From contig CM082592.2 in assembly GCA_040954595.2 (NCBI GenBank), positions 7,365,677 through 7,429,676 of the forward strand: 64,000 bases of DNA, in the 5' to 3' direction. The translations under genes and the position numbers were made by a program. Shown here piece after piece: positions 26,425 through 39,600 of this stretch. The notes beneath the pieces were generated by a model, which searched no databases, was not told where the DNA came from, and saw nothing but the letters and a program-made list of their open reading frames with translations. The stretch's first letter is position 1. Each line of letters opens with the position of its first letter. The DNA is from Balanoglossus misakiensis (Eukaryota > Animalia > Hemichordata).

Positions 26425-29402
26425 TCACGTTGTCCTCCGCTTGATGACATATTTGCCCTTCTGTAGCTGTGAAACGTATATCCGGATCTTGGAGTTATCA
26501 CAGGTTTTGCGTATCGACACCTGCAGAAATATAATACGAGAGTAAGATTTTGAATGTTCGAACACCAAGCAAATGATGGGCAGAGAAGGAAGTTGTTGCA
26601 TTCAACCCTATCACCCCAAATTCATCCAAACCCTTGACTAACAACTGTGTGAATGGAAGTTGCTTACTGTGATATTCACAGAAAAAGTAAATGAACCTGA
26701 TGCCGATTCTGATGCCGATGACTGTCAGCCAATCAGACATGTAGTTGGATAGAACAGGGCATCTTGAGTCTGATGCTGAATCTGATGCCAATGTCCATCA
26801 GCCAATCAGATTCCACCTCCAGAATTTCACTCACCTCTGATTGTCCAACGGACGCGATAATACCGCTGACCTTATGGCCTTCTTTGTTTTCATAATAGAT
26901 CGGTTGCCCCCTGTGGTACCATCGCTTGTCAAAGAACAGTTTGCCGTCTTCTATTCGGCAGTCGTAGGTGTGATTCGAATTGTGATTTGTGTTATTGCCC
27001 GATTGAGAATTTCCACCCTGGTCAGTCCCAGAATTGTCTGAGGGGTAGAACACAAAGATCTGTCAGAGGCCCGTCTGGGGGTAATTTTTAGCCACAAATC
27101 GGAATGGTGATTGCATACAATTCATCCTGTGCAGCGCAAGAGTTTTCTAATTCAGGTTAGATAAATGCATTGGTTCCTCTTGTACACTGTTAGATACTTG
27201 ACACTGAAAAAAACAGAACACTTACTTGCTCTTCTGGTAGACACATGTTTTCCCTGCAAGAATAAATAATTTCAAATAATTAGGCCTTTTCACCCCTGCT
27301 TTGAAATGTGTTCGTCTAACCATGCCATTGAAAACAAAACTTTCATAGTTGGTAATTTTTCTCACCTGTGAATCCTTCATGTTCTTCAGACTCTTCAAAA
27401 TTTTCTGAAATGAAAACGAATGAGAATGTAAAAAGCTGCAACAGCAGACTTGACAGGACAAACAGCCACCCCACATTTGTGGCGATGAGCGTCACCTCTC
27501 TGTTGACCAACTGAACTGACCAATATCAACTCATAGCAGTTTTACTGTATGTATATAAAGCTAATGAAAAGATTACGGGAAGGAAAAAAACACAACTGAC
27601 CTTGTTCAAAACTTTCAAATCATCCATGATGTCGTCTTCGGACAGGAGGAAGTTTAGATGAGGTAACATATAGTTAAGGAAAAATACAATATGCACTTTG
27701 TACAAATGAAACAGTAGATTTATAATGAGTGCAAATCATGATTAGAATTAGTGTTGTAACTGCTAGAAGGATATCAGGCGATGGTTTCCGCCTCTTTTCT
27801 GGTAATGGTACGGGTTCATTGGGCCTTCGTCTCAGCTTCCGCGTTGCTACTGGTTTCACTTCCATGGAATCTGAAAAACAATTTTTTTTGTCAGTGATAG
27901 TGAAATTAAGAAAAAAAATCAAAGATCATTAATAATCTTGTTCGAGAAATGACCACATGAAACAAAATGAGACTGACTACCTCCAGTCAACTCCATTGTG
28001 GTTCTTTCGCTTTCTATGGCTCTCTTCTTTTCTTCCAGCTCTGCAATCAGGTTTTCCTTCAATTCAATCTTCTTCTCCTGGAGACAAAAATTAAAATAAC
28101 ATCAAAATCACCTTTTTACTATGTACTGCACCTGATCTGAAAGTTTTGCCATATAAGTCGAAGAAACCAACACTTGATTGTAAAATTTATATTAAAGTTG
28201 TTTAAAATTACCTCAAAATCTTTGACAGAATTTTTCTTCTCCTTGATGTACTCTCTTTCGACAAACTCCAACTGCAAAAGATTAGAAAGTTATGTGAAAA
28301 TGAACGGATAATTTTCAATTTGCAAATGAGCCACCATAGACTCTCTATCTCTCTCTAAACCTAAAACATGTGCAAAAGAGAGACATTACCTCAAACATTC
28401 TGGCTGCTTCACATATACGTATTCTGTCTTTATACTGCTGTTCCAGCTTCTTGAGTTTTTTGTTGAGTTCCAGATGAGTGCCATCTTGAAGCTGTTGCAT
28501 CTGTTTCTTCAGCTGTGCCAACCTCTCCTGGTAGACTCTACAAAAAAGGAAATCAACGAAGGTCATTTTCATGAAATTCTGCACAGTGAACCCAAAATAT
28601 GAAATCTACAATTTCATGAAATGACATCACCATATTTTAAAATGAAAGGCTATTTAAGTAATATGAATGAAAATGAAAGACGTACTGCTCCTTCATGACT
28701 GTGAACTCCTCTTCTAATTTTGCCACATCAGTTTCACTAGCATCTTCTGTATCTGTGAAGTTATTGGAGTGGAGAAATAAGAAACATCATATTACTGAGT
28801 CATCGGTACTGTGCCTTGGTAGCTAATCAGTGATTTTATATTTGTGGAAAAAGCATTGATTGATTGCAACTTTTCACGCCATTTATTTACAGTGATGTGA
28901 AAGGTATCAGAGAGGTGGTGACTCCATGGACAGAGACAGCCGTCTGAGACAGCGTGTGGGTGGGCGGGCAATTTACTGTAGGTCTTTCAGAGAGGCCGAA
29001 TGATCGATCGAGCTCAGTAGCAGTAGACAGTTAGACCATGATGTACCGTGCTCAGACAGAGCGCTTGTGCGGCAATCGCAGGTGTTTGGGGGGGGGGGCA
29101 TTCGTCAATCTCCACAGGTTAAAACAATAGTAGTTTGTCGATATATTCTGTTTTAGTTCAGTAGTAAATGTGGCAGTGAATGTCATATTTGGCGTTTTGC
29201 CACTCGACTCCAATGACCGTGTCACGGCGCGACAGATGCTGCCCGCTCGCAATCGGGTGGCTTGCGCTATCCATGGGCCAAAATCGTTACCTTCATCAGA
29301 CTGCCTGGGGCTGCAGTAACTCCTGCTGCCTTCTTCCTCCGACAGGTCTTCGTTAAAATTACTGCTGCCCGCACCAGGTGAGTAATACGGAGATACCGCC
29401 AT
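26425..29402 (-). CDS. SUDS3: Sin3-HDAC corepressor complex component SDS3, multi-exon
   Basis: Motifs [72 protein letters not shown] and [22 protein letters not shown]; C-terminal [16 protein letters not shown]. Confidence 0.93.
27663..27774 (-). other. U12-type (minor spliceosome) AT-AC intron in SUDS3
   Basis: On the minus strand the 5' splice site is ATATCCTT, the branch point is TTCCTTAAC, and the intron ends TATATGTTAC. Removal gives in-frame [21 protein letters not shown]. Confidence 0.9.
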
Positions 29403-29723
29403 GGCTGTAAACACTTTGATCAGAAAAAACGATTTTCAATGACAACAAAGCTTGACCTAGTTGGCCACCCAACTTACTGATTTATTGAACAAGGTTATGT
29501 TGTTCCAATCCTGTTCACTTTTATTCATCAATCAAAACGTGTGAAGTAAACTGGAATGTGGCATGTATTTATTAAAAACATCTTAACCTAGAGAATGAAT
29601 GCGTATTGGTTAATAATCTAATTCTTCGCATTCACATTGACACAATGTCACTCGTTTCAACATAAAGTTAGAGGATCAAAACTCCGGAAACTGAAGGTAT
29701 TCCGCGAAGCAGAGCGAAACCCT

Positions 29724-29776
29724 TTTCCCTCAATGCACTGCGGTAAATTCACGCATGCGTATAAAGCTGACGTGGC
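29724..29776 (+). promoter_or_regulatory. SUDS3/DERL2 bidirectional promoter elements: ZNF143-like site and UPRE (TGACGTGG)
   Basis: ttccctcaatgcactgcg near 29724 resembles the ZNF143/Staf site. TGACGTGG at 29768-29775 lies 4 nt before the DERL2 ATG. Motif match only. Confidence 0.45.
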
Positions 29777-29779
29777 AAA

Positions 29780-31669
29780 ATGGCTTTCCAGTCGTTCCAG
29801 CAGGAGTACATGCAAACTCCTCCGATAACGAGGGCTTATACGACAGCGTGTGTGTTAACCACCCTTGCAGTGGTACGTATGTGCATTCATGATAACTGTC
29901 ACGAAGTCTGTGACCTTAGAATTTTCTTTTCGCGGCTAACACAGCTGTAACACCGGCGCTTCGAGAACCCGGAAGCTACGACCATATGTACATTTGTTTA
30001 CTCCTGTGTAATTTGCATATTTCGGCAGACAGACTTGCCCCCACTGCACTGTCTGCTAAACATCTTTGCACATTTAGAGTAGCACCAGCTTTGGTGCAGA
30101 TCTGAACGAAACCAGAGGGTCACTCAAATTGTCTCTGAAAAATAAAGAGAGTGTGATATTCTGAAGCACTGCAATCAATTGAATCATAATGATAATGATT
30201 ATTATGATTCATCATGTAAACAGTCAATAATGCATAAATTAAACAGTTGGTGTTCTACCATTTATTTATTGATTGATTTTATTTACTTATTTCATGCATA
30301 GTAATCTAACTTAGAATTCTTATCATTTATTCTGTTCTTGTTTTTTTAAAACTTTTCTCTAGCAACTTGACGTCATCACTCCCTTTCAACTATATTTCAA
30401 TCCAGATCTTATATTCAGCAAATACCAGGTATGTGCATCCTGATCCAGTGTACTCAAGCAGTTATGTCACTATTAAATAGTTGTTAATGCTAGTAATTCA
30501 ATGTTGAAAAACGTTTCTCACTTTTTTTTCCGGTATAAACATGTCAAGATAATTTTCTGATGAATTATTTTCTTTCATTTACAGTTATGGAGGCTGGCGA
30601 CAAATTTCCTATTTTTTGGAACCATAGGCTTCAACTTTTTGTTCAACATGATATTTACATATAGATATTGTCGGATGTTGGAAGAGGGATCGTTTCGTGG
30701 TCGTACAGCTGACTTTTTCTTCATGTTCCTGTTTGGTGGTACCATAATGACAGTATCCTTTAAAATCAAACAGTTTTAATTGTCAATGTGAATGTATATC
30801 TCTCATGTTGTATTTGTTTGTAAAGAAAATTATGTATAGGGCTGACTTATACTGTCAGAATTTTCTAATTGTTTTGACTACATTACCAATGGCAATTTCC
30901 TTAACTTGAATCCAGCTCATTGCCTTTTTCGTCAACTTAGTATTCCTTGGGCAGGCTTTTACACTGATGTTGGTGTACATCTGGAGCCGACGTAATCCCT
31001 ATGTCAGGCTGAACTTCTTTGGCTTAATGAACTTCCAAGCACCATATCTACCGTGGGTGCTGCTGGCTTTCTCGTTGCTACTTGGAAATTCAATCATTGT
31101 AGATGTTATAGGTAAGATTATACATTTCACATTCATACAAGACGTTGTATGTGTTCAACATACAAATATGCATAAGCAAAATTTTAGTTAGTACGTGTAC
31201 CTGTTGTTACATTAAACAGTACTGCATCATTTATACATTTTCAGGTATAGCAGTTGGTCATGTATATTACTTCCTTGAGGATGTGTTTCCACAGCAACCA
31301 GGTGGTTTCAAACTCCTAAGAACTCCAGGATTTCTGTAAGTTTTTTTAAAGTTCATTTGCTGTAAAAGCTGTCTCAATCACACGCTTTTAGAAATGACAA
31401 AACTTTTATTGTGTTGGTGATGGGCATTCTCAAGTATCCGATTTATCCAGGGTACAGATGGATAGCCAAGCATTCACTACATACACTCTAAATTTGACAA
31501 AAATTGCTTTATGTTTTTCAGGAAATACATATTTGATACCCCGTTAGAAGATCCGGATTATCAGGCGCTTCCAGATGACGATCGACCTGGTGGTTTCCGC
31601 TGGGGCCGAGGTCAAAGGGTAGGAGAGCGCGAGGGAGAAGATGATGATGATCAACCCAATGAGCAGTGA
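29780..31669 (+). CDS. DERL2: Derlin-2/3 ERAD rhomboid pseudoprotease, 6 coding exons
   Basis: [96 protein letters not shown]; C-terminal SHP-like [12 protein letters not shown]. Confidence 0.95.
30753..30915 (+). other. U12-type GT-AG intron in DERL2
   Basis: 5' splice site GTATCCTTT, branch TTCCTTAAC about 10 nt before the terminal AG, and no polypyrimidine tract. Removal gives in-frame GGTIMT-LIAFFV. Confidence 0.9.
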
Positions 31670-32408
31670 TACAGTTTTTTTCGTATACAACACAGAGAAG
31701 TACATATATTTATGGAATTAAAAACCTGCTATTTTGTTTTTTCTGTATTTTAGAGTAGCCTGCAGAGAGCAAACTCGGTCCTTTCTTGTCTGAACTGTTA
31801 TAAATAGAAACTCACTTTGTGAGTTTAAAATATGTCAATAAACAAATATGCCGACCAAGGGGAGCGTATGTTAATATGAGGTGACAGCGAGACTCTGCAT
31901 TTGCTAATCCTGGGCTGGCCCAGAGCCGACCCAAGTTGGAAACTGAGTTCTGCCCTGTACTGTACATGGACAAGTCTCCTTGCTGAAATAGATTCCCTCG
32001 TATCACTAGTGTTTCCACTGCTTGAAATTTGTATGTTCTTTCAAGCGCACAATTCCAGAGATTAGTAAGTTATATGATTTAGTTATAGGTAGGCATGATG
32101 TTTGCAATGTGTCTGGCAAGATACTTGGCATGTTTCTTGCAATAATAGTGCGAGGTCCGTCAATTCGTGCTTCAGTCTTGCCGTGAAGTTTATTAAATAA
32201 ATGCCACATACATATGTTTCACTTAGTGCCCCCACTGACATCTTTGTAAAGTCTACAAAGCTGTTGTATTTTTAAAATTTATGAACAGTCAGTGTCATGC
32301 TTTTCAATAAATATGAGTTCTGTTGTCTTATCAGTGTGTTTCAATGTTGATATGAATAGGGCTGTTTATGTGTAACTCGATGTCTAGGCCTACAGGCCTC
32401 AAACCAGC

Positions 32409-32477
32409 CAATCTGATTAAAATCAGATGTAGGGCACGTCGCCGGGCCGTTCCCTACATCTGATTTTAATCAGATTG
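32409..32477. mobile_element. 69-bp miniature inverted-repeat element with 26-bp TIRs and 9-bp target-site duplication
   Basis: caatctgattaaaatcagatgtaggg (32409-32434) and its exact reverse complement (32452-32477), flanked by direct repeats CAAACCAGC (32400-32408 and 32478-32486). Confidence 0.8.
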
Positions 32478-32593
32478 CAAACCAGCCTGATTTATTAAAG
32501 GATTGCCAGCCAATAACAATATATCATGCTGGACCCTCTTCTCTGTGATCTCACAGTCACTCCAGTATGTCTCGCGTCTCGAAATGTTCGGTT

Positions 32594-34646
32594 TTAAACG
32601 TCAGAGTCACCCAGCTCGTATCCTTCCTCGGGATGGACCTTCGCGCACCACTTCTCCCAAAGCTTCGTGGAGATCTTCCGAAAGTCCTGCAACGCGTAGA
32701 TGCAGAGGAACGGGTGAACGCTGGGGTAGAAATGGGAACACGTTGACGCAATGATGACGTAGATGGGCAAAATCTTGCAAGACGCGCAGAAACATATTAC
32801 GTCGTAGAGTACGCACAGCGGTAACCATGACAACAGGAAACACAGGGTGAGAACGAGCAGGCCGCGTGTTTGCTGCGTTTCCTTTCGGTAATAGGTGCGT
32901 TGGTCTTTCGCGCCGACGAGCTCCATGGCCGCGATCTGCCGGACCTGGAATTGAAATTAAAACACGCTGAGTTACTGCAAAACATAGATGATGATAACGA
33001 CGATGGTGGTGATGATGATGAGAGGAAGAGACTGGATAGGACAGGGAAAAAATCGCGCCCCCCCCCCCCCCCTGTTGTTACGAATAAAACAAAACAAAAC
33101 ATTGCAATTTGTGCAACGCGTGCGAATCAACTTCAAAGCGAAAATATCCAGATATCAAAATACAAAGAAATAATTTTGAAAAGAAAATAATATCAACAGT
33201 AGCTGTGGAAACAGCTATTTGTGTTACCACAGCTATATCAAAAGATGTCCTTCTCAATAAGCCCTGGTTGCAGCGTCAACGGACATGCGAAATACAACAC
33301 CTCTTCAATTCTGCAGAAATCCGACTTTCGGAAAGCCTATTAGGGATCTAGGTATAAGCTCAAGTTTCCATACGCTTTCTAATGACGGCGAGGCTGACGA
33401 CACGGAATGTTTCCATGGCAACTACTGAGGCAATTTTCAGTGAAAGTCATAAAACACACTGTTTACGTTGTTCGTAGCACCCACTACATAGAATAGCAAT
33501 GAAGTTAATATGTTTTCTCTTTCTGTTACAATCGTGTCCACAACATGCGCGCGATTGACGTATACATGTACTGTATAGAGTACAGTACAGACTAGAAATC
33601 CAACGGTGTAATATGATAGAATTTCTGTATTATATTGCTGGCGGGATTATGGAAATGCTTCAACCACTTTGCTTATGGATAAAAGATTGTTGATGCCGAA
33701 AGTAATGTATTTATTATATATATATTACAATTCTCGTGGCATTCTGTGTTTTCATAGTCTCCTAAAAACCCGAGAACGAAAATTCTTAAATGAATTCGCT
33801 CACGAGTTTCTTTGACTGCTCAGTATACTATAAAGAAGTCTTTCCGGAGCTGTTTTCCCAGTTTCTAGTAAAATGACGCATTTTTTTTAATATGATAGGG
33901 TTGAAACGCATCGAATCTGTACATTGTATTTCACTAAATAATATACGACCGAAAATACAACCCAACTTGGCAACTTTCTAAATTTAAAAGTGGATAAAAC
34001 GATGTGGATGCTTAGGGTTTCAGAACAGATACTATAAACATAGGAAAACTAAATTCCATAAGCTTACCTGTCTCCATGCAATAAAATGTATTCTGGCAAA
34101 AAGCAGACCCATCAGTGCGCAGGGAATGTAAACACAGAGCACTGTCACCGACAAGAGGTATTTTCTGTCGACCAATTTTAAGTAAGAGTATTGCTCAATT
34201 TCTTCGCTTGTGCCTTTCCATCGTATAGAAGGAATTTGAGAAGCGATGATTGCGAGTGACCAGATAACGAGAAAGGTTACTATAACCTTTGTCGATATTT
34301 TATTTTTCGGAGAGAACATGTCTTTCACTTTCCATCCTGCGGTCTTGTGTCTTTCCAGCAGGGCTCCTAGAAGACTTAGACTTCCGATCGTGCACAGTCC
34401 GACGTGTATAAAACTCAGAGACACGTAGGCCGAGTTTCTGGGTTTGCCCAGGTATGACAAGATGGATGACGGGGCTCCGATGGTCGTCGTTAGCAGACAG
34501 GAGACGGTTAGCGACAGTATGAAACTGTTCGCCTTCGTTCTCAGAGTCGGTATCCTGGCATATAGGCAGATGACAAACCCGTTCCCGATCAGGGAGGGCA
34601 GAGCGAGGATAACATCTGCAGCTATGGCGTTGTGGACGTAGTCCAT
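32594..34646 (-). CDS. Divergent class A (rhodopsin-like, adenosine-receptor-like) GPCR, about 309 aa (exons 34646-34068 and 32944-32594)
   Basis: Seven hydrophobic segments: GN in TM1, LRTKANSFILSLTVS, ERH at the end of TM3, W in TM4, IP in TM5 followed by RIHFIAWRQ-VRQIAA, CFLLSWLP in TM6, and HPFLC...DFR in TM7/H8. Phase-0 GT-AG intron. Confidence 0.8.
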
Positions 34647-36611
34647 GTTAATACCATTGCACCGACGCTGCTATCTTGGGGAAAAGACGTCCTGGTTATT
34701 TTGAAGGCTTCCCAGTCTTTTTGCGCATCCTTACAGTGACAGTTTCAAAGGACGAATAAATTGCTGGGTAATTAGGCCCAATAGTTATATCCTGCTGTCA
34801 ACGTATCTTGCCTTCGTCATTAACGTATACGTATGCCCAGCGAATGACATGTGACGATGTCTATTCGCTATCAGCAAAGGATGAATCTTTGTTCACGTAG
34901 TTTTTTTTGATGACGCTAAAATTATTAAAATTAGTCATTAAAAAATTATGTTCGATCAGGATAAGGGGATTAATATGATCAGCCAATAGCTCGAAAGAGG
35001 ACTCCATCCACAAGAAGTAAACAGGCGGACTTGAATATATGTGAAGATCCTCGAAGATCAACTCATGCCGTTTCGCCCACGGAGCGCGCCGTGCTGTTCT
35101 CACTTGGTTGCAATATGTCTATTTTGACCTTGTCTATGGTTGCCACGGTAACAGCCATGCCAATGATACCTAACTGATCACTGGACTCGTTAATTGTCAT
35201 AGTAACCCCAAATAAGCCTGATTGTATTTCTAATCCGATAGACATGATCAAACCGCGGTATTTCCGTTAACTGGAGAATCCAAATGAATTAAGTCTTTCA
35301 GTACATAATTAAAATGAGGTGTTTCGTTGCAAGGGCGTTTGCTAAACCATGACAAAATGGTTTCGCCAATGCACATTTTCAATCTTTCCTGAGTATTTAG
35401 GACTAGCCATAAACTTAGATTAGTGAATAAAAAAACGTGACGCGGCGTCAGTCTTTTAGTTATAGAATTTCAAAAGTTTCCCAATTTAGGCAACAGTCAT
35501 GTATAGCCTAAATCGAGATTTTCGCAATGAAATAGGGATGGCAGTTTTATACTGAGCTCTTTATCTAATGATACACTCAATGTACACTCTCTCTTAGTTA
35601 GGTGAGTCTAGATTGCGATGCTCTTTTATTGTGTGCCGCCCACTTTGCACGGATTCCAGGTGGATATATGATAATATGTAAATTGGCCAGAAAGATAGCC
35701 ACGTTGCAGTGCGGTGCCACCCATCTACTAGACGTAGGCCAAAAGCAACGAACGCCCGTTTCCCGAGAAAGGATTCAATTCTACCGCTGAAGTTTGCTTT
35801 GTGCAAGAGGAAGAGCACCGAATTACCGACTTCCATCTGTTGTCTGACTGGACCTGTAGGCAGTTTGTAGGGTAATGTACAGAATTTTTGGCAATTTGTA
35901 ATTTTACGTAACGTACGGTTGTACTGTGTGTAGTGTACAGTTTCCTGTCGGAAGCCGGTAGAGAGCCCATCACTTTCGTTATATTGATTTTTATATGCCA
36001 AAATCGTTGTGATTACTCAATCTATTCCAATCAACCACCCGTAAAGCACACATTTCTCTGTCATATCGAACAGAAACATGATGCTCGTGATACCAACTAT
36101 CCTCTGAGTTTCCCAGGTTGTATAATAGCGCCCCCTACGCCACATTTCAGGGCTATGAAGCCAGAGCTTTTATCTTGAACGTTGGAATTGTGAAGTTTTA
36201 ACACGTAAAACACTACTGGAACTTGTCTATGTTTGAAATATTTTAATAGTCAAAATACTGGATAAAAAATAATGGGCTTCAGTTAAAATTACAGATAATA
36301 TTGGAACAAAGTACATTTCAGTCAAAGAAATGTCGGCTAAAATTAATACATTATGGCAGTGACATAATGGGGGAATATAAAAATAGGCTAAAATAAGAAG
36401 AATAAAACAGAACATATTTATACAAAATTGTTGTGTGTATAAGTTTGGAGCGACCATGATTAGATGCAATGCCACAGAGACTCTTCAGAAAGTACTTCTG
36501 AGAATCAGATGCAGCTGGTTGACTTCACAGACCGCTGAGCATTCCACCGGTTGCCATGGTGACGTGCTTGCCCGTTCAAGCTACTGCTTCGGGCAAGTCC
36601 ACCACACAAAG

Positions 36612-39600
36612 TCACTGAAACATCAGCTTGCTCAAAAGATTGTTCTGTCGAGGAAATACAGGCAATATACAGTGGTATGCGGCAATAGGAGCATTTGTGG
36701 TAAAAAGCAGAGGTTGTCACCATGTTGATCATGAACTTGTCTTTCAATCTATTCTCTTGACATACCTCAATCAGATACAAAATAAAGAATGGTTGAATAC
36801 TCGTTTTTTTGCATGAGCTGGAATGCAATTCATGAACACTCACCTTGACAATAGACTCTACTGTTTTCTTAGTCAAACCATTCACTCTTTGCAATTCTTC
36901 CACCTGTTATTAGACAAAATAAAATTATGTCAGAAGCTCACATTGTTTTCATTTGAGAAATAATGTTTATATCCTCCACTCTGTAATTGTTGGAAAACAA
37001 CTTACAGAAGAGAATGGTCCATGCGTTTCTCTCCAACTGTGTATGAGATTGGCTCTCTTCTCTCCAATGCTCTGTAAAGACTTCAGCTGTTTGACGGTAC
37101 CAGTGTTCAGGATTTGAAGGATTTCAGAATCTTTGTGAAGTATGGGGATAAAAAGCAGTACAATTACATGATATTGCTCTGACATGTGAATTTTACACTT
37201 AAGCGCCATGCCTTTGCGCATACATATTTCACTCACTGTGTTTATTCTGCAATTCCGGATTCAACTTGACTGCCCATCCTTTCTGGCTTCCGACGCCGGT
37301 TGGGTTCTCCTTTCCCTGTGAACAGAAAAGCGGGAAACGGAAGGAGATATGAAACAAGATACCGATATCAAAATAGACTATTCAATTGTGGCAAAATTGC
37401 TTAACGTTTCTATTACTATGACAACCCTACCTGACAATCAGCGTGGACGATTTTAACAAACTGTATGCCTGGTGACGGAGTATTCACACTCTGCAAAGCC
37501 TTCTTAGTTTTCTTCAGGAGATCTGCAGGAAAGAATTTGTAAATGAATTATCATTCCAGCACAGAGACTCTGTGCTTAAATACTCAAGTCAAGTATCCAC
37601 TATTAAGATCAAATCCACTACAGATACAAGAGCACTTACCTGACTTCAGTGAGTTTTCCGATTTCTCACCCAGCCTGACCGAACTTTTCTTCTTCATCAG
37701 AGGCACCCTCTGAAACAGGCAATCGCTGTTGACGTCGCTGCCCGTCTGCGTTTCCGCCAGCCGCTGTTCCTTCAACTTCCGATTCTGTTCCTGCAGCAAC
37801 TTCATCTGCTGCCTGCTCTCCTCCAGTTGCCGCAGCAACTCTTGTTGATCCGTCTCCGCCGGCGCTTTTACCGCTTCCACTTTTGGTTTCATCTGCTCCA
37901 AGATCTTCTCCTCCAGCATCTCCAGTCTGGTGACCACGCTCTCCGCGAAGTTGGCTTGTTTCCTGATGAAAGGGCTGTTGTGGAAACACAAACGATTGAA
38001 ATTATACATCTCAGGTAGTTCGCTACCACTCGCATTCAAACTGTGTGAGCACATATGCGCATGTGTGGTAAGTGCCTGTGTGTGTTTTGAAATCAGCTAC
38101 TAACTAAGATATGCTAACATGTGACAGGCATCTCTGATGGATATATTTTCACGATTAGTCTGAGAGGAATTATACCCTTGTACATATCAAAACTGAACCT
38201 CATATGTCAGAACTTTATTGCACCTTAAGAATGGCTGTAATGACTGTTTTGGCTTGGCTGAGTCTTTCCTGACAGTAACAAACGGTGTGTCACAGAACGT
38301 ATCGTGAGTTGATCTCCGTATTTTTGGTGGCGTGGCCAGCACGTAACTTTCTTCTTCCGATGACTTCCTCTTTGGTGGCTTCTTTTGTTTTTCCGTGGAT
38401 TCCTTGGTGAAAGGTCTGTTGACGATCTGTCTGGATTTGGAAGCAAAGTTCAGCGTACTGTAGGTATCGCTGTAGTATTTCTCCTCTGGTGCTATGTTGG
38501 TGATCATGCAGGCATGGGCACTGCCTCCGAGTGAGTCCTGTTGAGTGTATTAAAAAGCAGAGAACTAAAATCAGCTGTGCAAAATATGAGTATACAATGC
38601 GAAAAATCAAAATGTTTTGGAAAAGTATTGAAATGAGAAGATGAACAAATGGAGGAATCTGTGAATGGCTGTGGCTTACCTGAAGAAGTCTCGTCAGTTT
38701 GCTGTCTCTGTATGGAATTCTTGGCTGTTGATATTGAAAAATGTGTACACATACAGTTATCCATTTTTGCTTGCAATATGCACTGGTAAAGCCGTTCTCA
38801 AACCACATGCGTGAGGCCTGTTCTATTTCAACAGCTTCATGCTGTGTCTTAAATGGACAGAACCACTTTTGTGGGAGGGAGGAATTCTGATAGTAACTGT
38901 TTGTGCACAATAGAGAAATGACAGTCGTATCACAGAAGACACTTACCAGTCCTTGGTTCAGAGCATCAACAACTTGACCCAGAGAAAAGAGTGAGACATT
39001 TATGGCTCCACTTTCTTTCAATCTGCAACATGAAGTCAAAATCCCAATTGGTACACAGTTATTTATCATGGTCTGACTGGAATTCACTCAGCATTGCTTT
39101 TGGAATTCAAACAAGAAACTGCAGCTGACCACGTTGCCATGGTATATAATGGCTCTGAACTTGCATGGATGAGTGCATTAGTGCTTTGTTTACCTGATGC
39201 CATGGTTACCAGTTCTCCTGTTGTCCTCACTGCCTGCCAGGTCTATCAGAAAGAGTTTACCAGTCAGTTTCTTGAAGGGTGCTGTCTGCTGGACCCTCAC
39301 GATCTGTATATGTTATTGGTGGAGATGCATGATTGTTAACTTTACCACACAAATACCTCAAAACGGAATGTGAGATTAAACCACACTTTCATCAAAAGAC
39401 ACCATGTTTACTTTAATCGCAAAACAAAATCTGGTTTTACCTTCAAGAGCAGAATAGCATGGCTTCTGCTGGACCTGCTGTTCAACTTTGTTGACGCTGT
39501 TGTCCTATGGTGTAAACACAACAAACAGAAAATTAGGTTGACTTAACAAGAGGTATTTTCAGGTCTAAAGACATTGTACTGTGGTTATTGATGTCTTGAG

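Noticed and set aside
26695-26812. Imperfect direct repeat of about 40 bp ending cagccaatcaga in a SUDS3 intron
   Set aside because: Two degenerate copies only; most likely a local duplication, not an array or CRISPR-like structure.
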